From: Comamonadaceae bacterium
GTDB taxonomy: Bacteria > Pseudomonadota > Gammaproteobacteria > Burkholderiales > Burkholderiaceae_C
DNA: 48,853 bases
NCBI GenBank assembly: GCA_043753505.1
Contig: JAYUXO010000274.1
Coordinates: 1-48,853 of the forward strand
Reading direction: 5' to 3'
Shown here: positions 17,404 through 27,126 of the stretch, one piece after another
Position numbering within the stretch: position 1 is the first letter of the stretch
Layout of the letters: every line of letters begins with the position of its first letter
The notes under the pieces: model-generated
Told to the model about the DNA's origin: nothing
Databases searched by the model: none
What the model saw: the letters and a program-made list of their open reading frames with translations, nothing else
Translations under genes and position numbers: made by a program

Positions 17404-18990
17404 ATGAAACTCACTACCACCGCACTTTCCGCAGCAGCCATTACGTTGGTCGCCTTGACAGCGACATCAACGCTACAGGCCAAACCCTTCAAATGGTCTA
17501 GCGCCAGCGACATTCCCACTCTGGACATTCACTCCCAGAACAACGCCCTGGGCAACGGTGTGCATGCCGCCGTTTATGACGCGCTGGTTTACTACAACAG
17601 CACTACGTTCAAGCCCGAGCCGCAACTGGCCACCAGTTGGCGTGATGTGTCCCCCACCCAGGTACGCTTTACTCTACGTACCGGCGTGAAATTTAGCGAT
17701 GGCTCGCCGCTGACGGCGGATGACGTCGTGTTTTCGCTAACCCGTGCGATGGCTAAAACTTCAAATTACAACGTCTACACCCAAGGCATCGACAAGGTGG
17801 TGAAAGTCAACGACAACACCATTGACATCATGATGAAAGGCCCTAATCCGGTGCTGCTTAACCAGCTCACCGAATTGCGCATCATGAGTAAACCATGGGC
17901 TGAAAAGAACAAGTCCTCCGAGCCCAAAGACATCAAGACAAAAGACGAGAGCTTTGCCCACCGCAACGCCATGGGTAGCGGCCCTTTCATGGTCAAAGAG
18001 TGGCAACCCGACCAGAAACTGGTGATGGTGAAAAATCCCAACTATTGGGGTGCTGTACCCACCAACGTCACTGAAATTATCTACACCCCTATCAAATCTG
18101 AAGCCACCCGCGTCGCTGCTTTGTTGTCGGGCGAAGTCGACCTGGTGCTTGACCCCAGCCCGCAAGACCTGGCCCGACTACGCTCAGGCGGCAACCTGAA
18201 GGTGATGGATGGCGTGGAAAACCGCACCATATTCTTCGGCATGGATCAATTCCGCGAAGAGTTGCCCGGCTCCAACATCAAAGGCAAAAATCCGCTGAAA
18301 GACCTGCGTGTGCGCAAGGCGCTGTATCAGGCCATCGACATCGACAGCATCAACAAAGTGACTATGCGCGGCCTGAGTCAGCCCACCGGGTCGCTCGTTG
18401 CGCCGCAGGTGACCGGCTGGACAGAAGCGGTGCACAAACGCTGGCCGTATGACCCTGAGGCTTCAAAGAAACAACTGGCAGAAGCTGGCTACCCGCAAGG
18501 CTTTGAAGTGGACTTTGCCTGCCCCAACAATCGCTACATCAACGACGAAGAAATTTGTCAGGCCGTTACCAGCATGTGGGCCAGAATTGGTGTCAAGGCC
18601 AAGCTCCGCACCCTTCCGCTGGTCACATACTTCCCGATGATCCAGCGCTTCGAAGCCAGCATTTACATGCTGGGCTGGGGCGTGCCGACCTTTGACGCCC
18701 TGTACAGCTTGCAGTCTTTAACCCGTAGCCTGGGTGAGGGAGGCGATGGCAACTACAACGTGGGTCGCTACAAAAATGAGCGCATGGACTACGTGGTTGA
18801 CCGCATTAAAACTGAGACCGATTTGCCGGTGCGCAACCGTTTGCTCACCGAAGGTCTGGCGCTGTCGCACGAAACTGTCTCACACATTCCGCTACACAAC
18901 CAGATCATTCCCTGGGCTATGAAGAAGAACATTGAGCTGGTTCACAGGGCAGACAACCGACTGGACTGGCGCCTGATCAAAGTCAATTAA
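17404..18990 (+). CDS. ABC transporter substrate-binding protein, family 5 (peptide/nickel type)
   Basis: Signal peptide plus SBP_bac_5 architecture. AGAGG precedes ATG 17404. Confidence 0.9.
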   Translation: MKLTTTALSAAAITLVALTATSTLQAKPFKWSSASDIPTLDIHSQNNALGNGVHAAVYDALVYYNSTTFKPEPQLATSWRDVSPTQVRFTLRTGVKFSDGSPLTADDVVFSLTRAMAKTSNYNVYTQGIDKVVKVNDNTIDIMMKGPNPVLLNQLTELRIMSKPWAEKNKSSEPKDIKTKDESFAHRNAMGSGPFMVKEWQPDQKLVMVKNPNYWGAVPTNVTEIIYTPIKSEATRVAALLSGEVDLVLDPSPQDLARLRSGGNLKVMDGVENRTIFFGMDQFREELPGSNIKGKNPLKDLRVRKALYQAIDIDSINKVTMRGLSQPTGSLVAPQVTGWTEAVHKRWPYDPEASKKQLAEAGYPQGFEVDFACPNNRYINDEEICQAVTSMWARIGVKAKLRTLPLVTYFPMIQRFEASIYMLGWGVPTFDALYSLQSLTRSLGEGGDGNYNVGRYKNERMDYVVDRIKTETDLPVRNRLLTEGLALSHETVSHIPLHNQIIPWAMKKNIELVHRADNRLDWRLIKVN

Positions 18991-19009
18991 AGACCGCGTT
19001 CGGTATTTA

Positions 19010-19043
19010 AAAAGGGGAAGGCCGGGTGCCTTCCCCTTTTTGC
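19010..19043 (+). terminator. intrinsic terminator/attenuator after the first binding-protein gene
   Basis: aaaaggggaagg-ccgggtg-ccttcccctttt followed by T residues. Confidence 0.7.
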
Positions 19044-19163
19044 TCTTACCTGCTGATTGCGCGCCCACACCAGCCCCACACAACACCCAAGAAAACCCGC
19101 TAACGGCACGCGTTTTGCTCGATTAGCATCACTCGACCCTGTCCTGCGTTATGCGCTGAATCC

Positions 19164-20144
19164 ATGTTTGCTTTCATCATCCAACGTCTTCTGCAAGCTG
19201 TGATCGTGATGGTCACGGTAGCTTTCATCGCCTTTTTGCTGTTTCAGTACGTCGGCGATCCTGTGGTTTTCTTACTAGGACAAGATGCGACACCGCAGCA
19301 GATCAGAGAACTGCGGGCCGATCTGGGGCTGGACAAGCCTTTTTTCGTGCAGTTCTGGCACTTCCTTTTCAATGCCGTGCAAGGTGAATTTGGCTTGAGC
19401 TTGCGCCAGGGTGCCAAGGTGTCGCGACTGATTGCCGAAAGGCTTCCCGCAACACTCGAGCTTGCGTTTGTGGCCGCCACGCTGGCGCTGGTAGTCGGCG
19501 TGCCCATGGGGGTTTATGCGGCATTGAAGCGAGGCACTTTTCTAAGCCAGGCGTTCATGATGATTTCGCTGCTGGGCGTGTCTCTGCCCACGTTTTTGAT
19601 CGGCATCCTGCTGATCTTGCTGTTCGCAGTGGGGCTGGGCTGGTTCCCCAGCTTTGGCCGGGGCGACACGGTGCAATTCGGCTGGTTTAGCAGCGGCCTG
19701 ATGACGGCTAAAGGCTGGCATCACATTGTCTTGCCCGCTGTGACGCTGGCGGTGTTCCAGCTCACGCTCATCATGCGGCTGGTACGCGCCGAAATGCTGG
19801 AAGTGCTGCGTACCGACTACATCAAGTTTGCACGGGCGCGCGGCTTGTCAAACCGGGCAATTCACTTCGGCCACGCTTTGAAAAACACGCTCGTTCCGGT
19901 GATGACAATTACTGGACTTCAGTTGGGTGGCTTGATTGCGTTTGCCATCATCACCGAGACTGTTTTCCAGTGGCCGGGCATGGGACTGCTGTTTATTCAA
20001 GCGGTCACCTTCGCCGACATTCCCGTGATGGCCGCTTATCTGTGTTTGATCGCCCTGATTTTTGTTGTGATCAATCTGATCGTGGATTTGCTGTATTTCG
20101 CCGTAGACCCACGCCTGCGCGTGGGCAAGGCGGGAGGGCATTGA
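19164..20144 (+). CDS. ABC transporter permease (DppB/OppB-like)
   Basis: 326 aa, six TM segments, BPD_transp_1 EAA-type loop (ARARGLSNRAI). Confidence 0.9.
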   Translation: MFAFIIQRLLQAVIVMVTVAFIAFLLFQYVGDPVVFLLGQDATPQQIRELRADLGLDKPFFVQFWHFLFNAVQGEFGLSLRQGAKVSRLIAERLPATLELAFVAATLALVVGVPMGVYAALKRGTFLSQAFMMISLLGVSLPTFLIGILLILLFAVGLGWFPSFGRGDTVQFGWFSSGLMTAKGWHHIVLPAVTLAVFQLTLIMRLVRAEMLEVLRTDYIKFARARGLSNRAIHFGHALKNTLVPVMTITGLQLGGLIAFAIITETVFQWPGMGLLFIQAVTFADIPVMAAYLCLIALIFVVINLIVDLLYFAVDPRLRVGKAGGH

Positions 20145-21394
20145 TGTTGATGCCCACACGGCCACAGCCAGCGGCCTACCAGGTCAATGGGCGAGCCTTT
20201 GCCCACATCGCCCACTTTCACCCGGAGCTCACCGCTTTTAGACGCGACCTGCACGCCCACCCCGAGTTGGGCTTTCAGGAGTTCTACACATCGGGTCGTG
20301 TGGTCGAAGCCTTGAAGGTCTGTGGGGTTGACGAGCTGCACACCGGCATTGGCAAAACCGGCGTGGTGGCTGTCATCAAAGGCAAAAGCACTCAAAGCGG
20401 CCGCATGCTGGGCCTGCGTGCTGATATGGACGCGCTGCCCATACCCGAGAAAAACGAATTCGGCTGGCGCTCGGTCACGCCCGGACTGATGCACGGCTGC
20501 GGCCACGACGGCCACACCGCCATGCTGGTCGGAGCGGCCCGTTATCTGGCGGAAACACGCAACTTTGACGGCACGGTAGTACTGATTTTCCAACCTGGCG
20601 AGGAAGGTTACGCCGGTGCACGCGAAATGATTCAAGACGGTTTGTTTGACCGCTTCCCGGTAGATTCCGTCTATGCCATGCACAACTGGCCAGGGCTGGA
20701 GCCTGGCATGGTCGGCATTTGCCCCGGCCCCATGATGGCTGCAGCTGACCGCATCACCATCACCATCACCGGCAAGGGCGGCCACGGTGCCCATGCTTAC
20801 CAAACCGTCGATCCAGTGCTGGTAGCGGGGCACATCATCACCGCTGTGCAGAGCATCGTGTCGCGCAACGTGCGGGCAGTTGACGCGGCGGTGATCAGCC
20901 TGTGCGCCATGCAGGCCGGCGACCTGGGCGCCATGAGTGTGGTGCCCAGTACCGCCACCCTGGTGGGCACGGTGCGCAGCTTTGACCCGCAGATACAAGA
21001 GACGCTGGAGCGTCGCCTGCACGCGTTATGCACGGGCATCGCACAAGGCTTGGGTGCCACTGCGGTGGTGGACTACGAGCACATTTACCCGGCCACTATC
21101 AACTCCCGTGCTGAAGCGCTGTTTGCCACTGAGGTGCTGGATGGCCTGGTAGGTGCTGACAAGGTGGTCCGCAATATGGACTTGAGCATGGGCTCGGAAG
21201 ACTTTTCTTTCATGCTGCAGGCCAAGCCCGGCGCGTATTTGCGCATTGGTCAAGGGCTTGGAAACGGGACAAGTGGAGGGGATGGCGGTTGCTTCCTTCA
21301 CAACAACCACTACGACTTCAACGACGAAATTTTGCCTCTGGGCAGCGCCATACACGCCAGCTTGATTGAGCGCGGGATGCCATCTGTAGCCTGA
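20144..21394 (+). CDS. M20D-family amidohydrolase (aminoacylase/hippurate hydrolase-like)
   Basis: ATG 20144 overlaps the permease TGA. HAHPELGFQE ... MHGCGHDGH ... FQPGEEG metal ligands are typical of peptidase M20D. Confidence 0.85.
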   Translation: MLMPTRPQPAAYQVNGRAFAHIAHFHPELTAFRRDLHAHPELGFQEFYTSGRVVEALKVCGVDELHTGIGKTGVVAVIKGKSTQSGRMLGLRADMDALPIPEKNEFGWRSVTPGLMHGCGHDGHTAMLVGAARYLAETRNFDGTVVLIFQPGEEGYAGAREMIQDGLFDRFPVDSVYAMHNWPGLEPGMVGICPGPMMAAADRITITITGKGGHGAHAYQTVDPVLVAGHIITAVQSIVSRNVRAVDAAVISLCAMQAGDLGAMSVVPSTATLVGTVRSFDPQIQETLERRLHALCTGIAQGLGATAVVDYEHIYPATINSRAEALFATEVLDGLVGADKVVRNMDLSMGSEDFSFMLQAKPGAYLRIGQGLGNGTSGGDGGCFLHNNHYDFNDEILPLGSAIHASLIERGMPSVA

Positions 21395-21427
21395 ATCTGT
21401 TTTTTACTTTATCTATAGGAGTTCACC

Positions 21428-23023
21428 GTGATTTTTAAACAAAATATGCTTGCAGCCCTTGTATTGACTGCTGGAGCAGCTATTATTTCAGGAGCTTACA
21501 CAAACGCTGGTGCGCAGACCGTACGCGTAGCGAATCAGGGCGATGCGCTGTCAATGGACCCGCATTCGCTGAATGAATCGCTGCAGCTGTCCGTCACCGG
21601 CAACCTGTTTGAACCTCTGGTCGGACGCAACAAAGACCTGAGCCTGACCCCGGCCCTTGCCACCGCCTGGACACAGCCTTCACCCAACGTCTGGCGCTTC
21701 GAGTTGCGCAAAGGCGTGCAATTTCATGATGGCAGTCCTTTCACTGCAGACGACGTGGTGTTCAGCTTCGCCCGCGCGTCGGGCGACGGCTCCGACATGA
21801 AGAGCTCCACCAACGACATCAAGGAAGTGCGCAAGGTCAATGACCATGTGGTGGAAATTGAAACCAAGGCGCCGTTTCCCATCCTGCCCGACGTGATTTC
21901 GCTGGTGTATGTGATGAGCAAGAAATGGTGCGAAACCAACCAGGCTACCAAGCCGGTAGACCGCCGCAAAGGCATTGAAAACGCAGCATCCTTCCGCGCC
22001 AATGGCACCGGCCCCTATCGTTTGCGCGAGCGTCAGCCCAATGTGCGCAGCGTGTTTGCCAAAAGCGGCACTTATTGGGGAAAGATTGAAGGCAATGCGG
22101 CGGAGGTGATTTTCACTCCCATTGGCAACGACGCCACCCGCGTGGCTGCGCTGTTGTCGGGCGAGATTGACGTGATGGAACCCGTGCCGGTGCAAGACAT
22201 CGCCCGGGTGAATGCCAGCGCCAATGCCCGCGCGATGACCGGCCCCGAGCTGCGCACCATTTTTCTGGGCATGGACCAAAAGCGCGACGAGTTGCTGTAT
22301 TCCAGCGTGAAAGGCAAAAACCCGTTCAAAGACAAGCGCGTGCGTCAGGCTTTCTACCAGGCCATTGACATTGAAGGCATCAAGCGCACGGTGATGCGCG
22401 GCGCATCCAACCCCACGGCCATCATGGTCGGCCCCGGCATCAACGGCTTTAACACCGACCTGAACAAGCGCTTACCGTTTGACGTGGAGGCCTCTAAAAA
22501 ACTGATGACAGATGCCGGCTACGGCGCGGGCTTTGAAGTGACCATGAATTGCCCGAACGACCGCTATGTAAACGACGGTCAGATTTGTGAAGCAGTGGCC
22601 GCCAACCTGTCGCGCATCGGCGTCAAGATCAATCTGCAAGCCGAAACCAAAGGCACCTATTTCCCCAAAATCCTGCGTCGGGACACCAGTTTTTACATGC
22701 TGGGTTGGACCCCTGGCACCTACGACTCGCACAACGCGTTGAACGCCCTGTTTCGCTGCGTCGACGACAAGGGCTCCGGCCAGTTCAACCTGGGAAATTA
22801 TTGCAACCCCAAGGTGGACGAGATGACCTTGAAAATCCAGTCGGAGACGGACAAGGCCAAGCGCGGCGAGATGATCAAAGAGGCCTTCAAGCTGCACCAG
22901 GACGACATTGGTCACCTGCCTCTGCACCAGCAGGCACTGGCCTGGGGCGTGAGCAAGAAGATTGATCTGGTCCAGATGGCCGATAACTTCATGCCCTTCA
23001 AGTATTTCACCGTGACGAAGTAG
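21428..23023 (+). CDS. second ABC substrate-binding protein, family 5
   Basis: Paralogous to 17404-18990. AGGAG lies 6 nt before GTG 21428. The signal-peptide codons coincide with repeat B6. Confidence 0.9.
   Translation: MIFKQNMLAALVLTAGAAIISGAYTNAGAQTVRVANQGDALSMDPHSLNESLQLSVTGNLFEPLVGRNKDLSLTPALATAWTQPSPNVWRFELRKGVQFHDGSPFTADDVVFSFARASGDGSDMKSSTNDIKEVRKVNDHVVEIETKAPFPILPDVISLVYVMSKKWCETNQATKPVDRRKGIENAASFRANGTGPYRLRERQPNVRSVFAKSGTYWGKIEGNAAEVIFTPIGNDATRVAALLSGEIDVMEPVPVQDIARVNASANARAMTGPELRTIFLGMDQKRDELLYSSVKGKNPFKDKRVRQAFYQAIDIEGIKRTVMRGASNPTAIMVGPGINGFNTDLNKRLPFDVEASKKLMTDAGYGAGFEVTMNCPNDRYVNDGQICEAVAANLSRIGVKINLQAETKGTYFPKILRRDTSFYMLGWTPGTYDSHNALNALFRCVDDKGSGQFNLGNYCNPKVDEMTLKIQSETDKAKRGEMIKEAFKLHQDDIGHLPLHQQALAWGVSKKIDLVQMADNFMPFKYFTVTK
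21446..21500. repeat. family B element, copy B6, inside signal-peptide codons
   Basis: The reverse complement reads GAAATAATAGCTGCTCCAGCAGTCAATACAAGGGCTGCAAGC. It encodes MLAALVLTAGAAIISGA. Confidence 0.65.
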
Positions 23024-23030
23024 TTACCTG

Positions 23031-23969
23031 ATGAGCAACGTACCTGCCAGCTCGCCTGGCAACCCCATCACCCGCTGGCTCGACAGCGACGTCGGCTACA
23101 GCTTTCGCACGTCTCCCGTGGCCATGGTGGCTGCGGCGGTAGCGTTTGTTTGCCTGTTTTGCGCGCTCGGTGCGGGCTGGGTAGCCCCGCACAATCCGTT
23201 TGATTTGAAGACGCTGGAGTTAAGTGACGCACGCCTGCCGCCAGCTTGGGATGCCGAGAAAGGCACCACCAAGTACCTGCTGGGCACCGATGACCAGGGC
23301 CGCGACATTCTTTCGGCGTTGATGTATGGCGCGCGCATCTCGCTGATCGTGGGCATCATCTCGGTGATTTTGTCGATGCTGATTGGCGTGTCGCTGGGCT
23401 TGCTGGCGGGCTTTCGCGGTGGCTGGATTGATTCGGCGCTGATGCGGCTATGCGACGTGATGCTGTCGTTTCCCCCCATTCTGGTGGCGCTGCTAATTGC
23501 CGGCGTGGGGCGTGCTCTGTTTCCCAACGCGCCCGACACGCTGGCCTTTGGCGTGCTCATCGTCTCCATCACGCTGACAGGCTGGGTGCAGTACGCACGC
23601 ACCGTGCGCGGCACCACCATGGTGGAGCGCAACAAGGAATACGTGCAGGCGGCGCGCGTCACGGGTGTGGCACCGCTGCGCATCATGTTCCGCCATGTGC
23701 TGCCCAACGTCATGGGCCCGGTGATGGTGCTGGCCACCATTCAGGTGGCTACCGCCATCATCACCGAGGCCACCCTGTCGTTCCTGGGTGTCGGCGCACC
23801 GCCCACCTCGCCCTCGCTGGGCACCTTGATCCGCATCGGCAACGACTATCTGTTCTCGGGCGAGTGGTGGATTACCGTGTTCCCAGGGCTGATGCTGGTG
23901 ATCATTGCGCTGAGCGTGAATTTGCTGGGGGATTGGTTGCGGGATGCGCTGAATCCGAGGTTGCGGTGA
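23031..23969 (+). CDS. ABC transporter permease (DppC/OppC-like)
   Basis: 312 aa. OppC N-terminal segment plus a BPD_transp_1 core. Confidence 0.9.
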   Translation: MSNVPASSPGNPITRWLDSDVGYSFRTSPVAMVAAAVAFVCLFCALGAGWVAPHNPFDLKTLELSDARLPPAWDAEKGTTKYLLGTDDQGRDILSALMYGARISLIVGIISVILSMLIGVSLGLLAGFRGGWIDSALMRLCDVMLSFPPILVALLIAGVGRALFPNAPDTLAFGVLIVSITLTGWVQYARTVRGTTMVERNKEYVQAARVTGVAPLRIMFRHVLPNVMGPVMVLATIQVATAIITEATLSFLGVGAPPTSPSLGTLIRIGNDYLFSGEWWITVFPGLMLVIIALSVNLLGDWLRDALNPRLR

Positions 23970-23990
23970 GCACCCGGTTCAAACAGCCTT

Positions 23991-24090
23991 CACTGCAGAG
24001 GCGCAGAGAGCGCAGAGGGCCGCAAAGTTAAAGAAACGCAACGTTTTTATCTTCTCTGCGTAACTTTGCGTTCTCTGCGCCTCCGCGGTA
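23991..24090. repeat. family A CGCAGAG-type palindromic element, copy A1
   Basis: cactgcagaggcgcagagagcgcagaggg...ttctctgcgcctccgcggta. The arms are built of GCAGAG units at 9-10 nt spacing. It lies between the permease and ATPase genes of one operon. Confidence 0.75.
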
Positions 24091-24128
24091 AATGCTTTTC
24101 TGTCTTCACCTAAGTCTGTTGGTTGCAA

Positions 24129-25097
24129 ATGAGTCTTCTACAAGTCAAAAACCTCGTCGTCGAGTTCCCCAACCGCCGCGGCACGTTGCGTGCTTTGGAC
24201 GATATTTCGTTCGGCATTGCACCTGGTGAGATTCTCGGTGTCGTGGGTGAATCGGGCGCCGGCAAGTCGCTCACCGGTGCAGCCATCATTGGCTTGCTGG
24301 AGCCGCCGGGGCGCATTGCCAGCGGGCAAATCCTGCTGGAGGGCCAGCGCATTGACAACCTTCCCTACGAACAGATGCGTCACATCCGTGGCCGCCAGAT
24401 TGGTGCGATTTTTCAAGACCCGCTGACCTCGCTGAACCCGCTGTACAGCATTGGCAAGCAGTTGACAGAAACCATTCAAGCGCACTTGCCCGTCAATGAC
24501 GCCGAAGCCCGCAAGCGCGCCATTGCCCTGCTGGAGGACACCGGCATCCCGGCTGCCGCCGAGCGCATTGATCATTACCCGCACCAATTTTCCGGCGGCA
24601 TGCGCCAGCGGGTGGTGATTGCACTGGCGCTGGCCGCGCAACCCAAACTCATCGTGGCCGACGAGCCCACTACGGCCCTGGACGTGTCAATTCAGGCGCA
24701 AATCATCACGCTGCTCAAAAACATCTGCAAAGACCGGGGCGCTGCCGTGATGCTGATCACCCACGACATGGGCGTGATCGCCGAAACCTGCGACCGTGTG
24801 GCCGTGTTGTATGCCGGGCGCGTAGCTGAAATTGGCCCCGTGCACGAGGTTATCAACCACCCGGCGCACCCCTACACCGCAGGCTTGATGGCGGCCATTC
24901 CCGACATCACCCAAGACCGCGAGCGGCTGCATCAGATCGACGGTGCGATGCCGCGCCTGAACGCCATTCCCCCTGGCTGCGCCTACAACCCACGCTGCCC
25001 GAAAGTGTTTGAGCGCTGCACCCGCGAGCGACCGGATTTACTGCCGGCGGGTGCCACGCGCGCGGCCTGCTGGCTGCATGCAAAGGAGGCTGTATGA
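24129..25097 (+). CDS. ABC transporter ATP-binding protein (DppD-like)
   Basis: Walker A GESGAGKS, signature FSGGMRQR, Walker [13 protein letters not shown], oligopeptide C-terminal domain. Confidence 0.9.
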   Translation: MSLLQVKNLVVEFPNRRGTLRALDDISFGIAPGEILGVVGESGAGKSLTGAAIIGLLEPPGRIASGQILLEGQRIDNLPYEQMRHIRGRQIGAIFQDPLTSLNPLYSIGKQLTETIQAHLPVNDAEARKRAIALLEDTGIPAAAERIDHYPHQFSGGMRQRVVIALALAAQPKLIVADEPTTALDVSIQAQIITLLKNICKDRGAAVMLITHDMGVIAETCDRVAVLYAGRVAEIGPVHEVINHPAHPYTAGLMAAIPDITQDRERLHQIDGAMPRLNAIPPGCAYNPRCPKVFERCTRERPDLLPAGATRAACWLHAKEAV

Positions 25098-26152
25098 CCG
25101 CCTTCAAAGTGGCCCTCTCGGGGGGCAGCGCAGCACACGCAGTGGCAAGCGTGGGGGCCGGGCCTGCACTGGTTCAGGCGCACGACCTGGCCAAAACCTT
25201 CGACGTATCCGCCCCCTGGCTCAACCGCGTGCTGGAAGGCAAGCCCCGCCAGTTGCTCAATGCGGTGGACGGCGTGAGCTTCGAGATTGAGAAGGGCAAA
25301 ACGCTCGCGTTGGTCGGCGAATCCGGCTGCGGCAAAAGCACGGTGGCCCGCCTGCTGGTGGGTTTATACGAGCCCACGCGTGGCGGGTTCACGTTTGACG
25401 GGCAGGACGCGCACGCCGCCTTCAAAACGCCGGAAGGCCGCAAGCTGCGCCGCCGCATCCAGATGATTTTTCAAGACCCCTATGCCAGCTTGAACCCGCG
25501 CTGGATTGTGGAAAACATCGTGGGCGAGCCACTGAAAGAGCACGGCTTGATCACCGATGCCGCGCAACTGAAAGACCGCGTGGGTGAGTTGCTCAAGTCG
25601 GTGGGCCTCAGCCCGCTGGACGGCCCCAAGTACCCGCACCAGTTCTCGGGTGGCCAGCGCCAGCGCATCTCGATTGCCCGCGCTTTGGCAACACAACCGG
25701 AGTTTCTGGTTTGTGATGAGCCCACCAGCGCGCTGGATGTAAGCGTGCAGGCTCAAGTGCTGAACATCATGAAAGACCTGCAACGCGAACGCGGGTTGAC
25801 TTACCTGTTCATCTCGCACAACCTGGCCGTGGTGCGCCACGTGAGCGACCAGGTGGGCGTGATGTACCTGGGTCGCCTGGTGGAGCTGGCCAACAAGCAA
25901 GACCTGTTTGCCACACCACAGCACCCCTACACCAAGATGCTGCTGGATGCAATTCCCAAAATGCACGACACCGGTCGCGCCCGCACACCGGTGCAAGGCG
26001 AGGTGCCCAACCCGCTGAACCCGCCGACCGGCTGCACCTTCCACCCGCGCTGCCCGCATGTGAACGAACGCTGCAAGGCTGAGCGCCCTGCACTGCTGGA
26101 ATTGCGCGGCGTGAAGATTGCCTGTCACGCGGTGCAGGAAGATCGGATTTAG
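25094..26152 (+). CDS. ABC transporter ATP-binding protein (DppF-like)
   Basis: Walker [10 protein letters not shown], signature FSGGQRQR, Walker [12 protein letters not shown]. 4-nt overlap with the preceding gene. Confidence 0.9.
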   Translation: MTAFKVALSGGSAAHAVASVGAGPALVQAHDLAKTFDVSAPWLNRVLEGKPRQLLNAVDGVSFEIEKGKTLALVGESGCGKSTVARLLVGLYEPTRGGFTFDGQDAHAAFKTPEGRKLRRRIQMIFQDPYASLNPRWIVENIVGEPLKEHGLITDAAQLKDRVGELLKSVGLSPLDGPKYPHQFSGGQRQRISIARALATQPEFLVCDEPTSALDVSVQAQVLNIMKDLQRERGLTYLFISHNLAVVRHVSDQVGVMYLGRLVELANKQDLFATPQHPYTKMLLDAIPKMHDTGRARTPVQGEVPNPLNPPTGCTFHPRCPHVNERCKAERPALLELRGVKIACHAVQEDRI

Positions 26153-26170
26153 TGTTGCGGTACGCTACTG

Positions 26171-26222
26171 AATTAATAGCTGTTTGAGCAGATTTTGTAT
26201 GGGCTAGTGGCGCAAATTGCCA
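26171..26222. repeat. family B element, copy B7
   Basis: AATTAATAGCTGTTTGAGCAGATTTTGTATGGGCTAGTGGCGCAAATTGCC, between the convergent 3' ends of the ABC ATPase gene and vapC. Confidence 0.7.
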
Positions 26223-26234
26223 TCAACTGACCTT

Positions 26235-26633
26235 TCAAATCACCGTAACGTCGTCACCCAGGCCCCGCATCTTGCGGTCAAACGTGGCAGTCGCTGTGCA
26301 GCCCGCTGCCTGGTTTCGGTGGGCAATCAGGCAATCGGTGAAACCGGCTTTGCTGGTGGCGAAGGCGAGAACGGCTTTGTGCAGGGTGGCGCGGTCATTG
26401 AAATCGTAAGCAGGCTCGGCCAGCAACGCGCGCAACACCCCTAATACCGCAGCAGGCTTGAGCCGATAGGACGTGCCGAGCGTCCAGACTGCTTCGACCA
26501 GCACGATGTCCGAAATATGAACCGATTCTGCAGCCTGTGCGTGTTCGGCCAGCAATTGTTCAATGCTCTGGGCCTGCGCCGGATCGTCATTGAGCAAAAT
26601 TCGCAGCAAGATGTTGGTGTCGATGCCGATCAT
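26235..26633 (-). CDS. vapC: PIN-domain toxin VapC
   Basis: 132 aa. Begins MIGIDTNILLR (first acidic PIN residue), with later conserved acidic positions. 4-nt overlap with the upstream antitoxin gene. Confidence 0.85.
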   Translation of the reverse strand: MIGIDTNILLRILLNDDPAQAQSIEQLLAEHAQAAESVHISDIVLVEAVWTLGTSYRLKPAAVLGVLRALLAEPAYDFNDRATLHKAVLAFATSKAGFTDCLIAHRNQAAGCTATATFDRKMRGLGDDVTVI

Positions 26634-26920
26634 CTGCGGCCTGCTTCTGGCAAAACCACCGACTCAACAGATTCAGGCACGTACTTGGGCCTGAGACCAC
26701 CTGCCACGCCTTGCTGCTCCTCCCGCCGCGTCAGTGCCTTCGAATGAGGCGATTTGACTAGGCCTCGCACCGATAAGGCGTTGACTTTCACAGGCTGCGC
26801 CAGAAATCCGCCATCGGCCGTCAAAGAGAAATTCAGTTTAGTGCCGGTGTCCAGGTTCAAGGCATCGCGCAGGGCTTTGGGTAGCGTGATCTGGCCTTTG
26901 GAGGTGAGCGTTGCCAGCAT
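26630..26920 (-). CDS. vapB: AbrB/SpoVT-type antitoxin VapB
   Basis: MLATLTSKGQITLPKALRDAL is the AbrB/MazE swapped-hairpin motif. An AT-rich promoter with aaatt/aattt dyads lies upstream. Confidence 0.8.
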   Translation of the reverse strand: MLATLTSKGQITLPKALRDALNLDTGTKLNFSLTADGGFLAQPVKVNALSVRGLVKSPHSKALTRREEQQGVAGGLRPKYVPESVESVVLPEAGRR

Positions 26921-27126
26921 TTTTTTCCTTACTTATGGTTAAAATTCTGAAAAATTTAATTGTAAGGCGATGAGGCGTGTGAAAGGAATGGGTTAATTTG
27001 TTACTTGCAGTTTCGTATGAACACCCAACCGTCACAGTCGCGACAAAACCCGAGTTTTGGAGCTAACCACCACTTTAAAACAGGCGTAGGCTGAAACTTC
27101 CTGTTCAACAACACAAGGTGATTGAG

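Noticed and set aside
18991-19043. gtatttaaaaagggg after the first binding-protein gene resembles the family B spacer and block 2.
   Set aside because: There is no block 1, and the G-rich part belongs to a clean terminator hairpin. The resemblance is probably coincidental.
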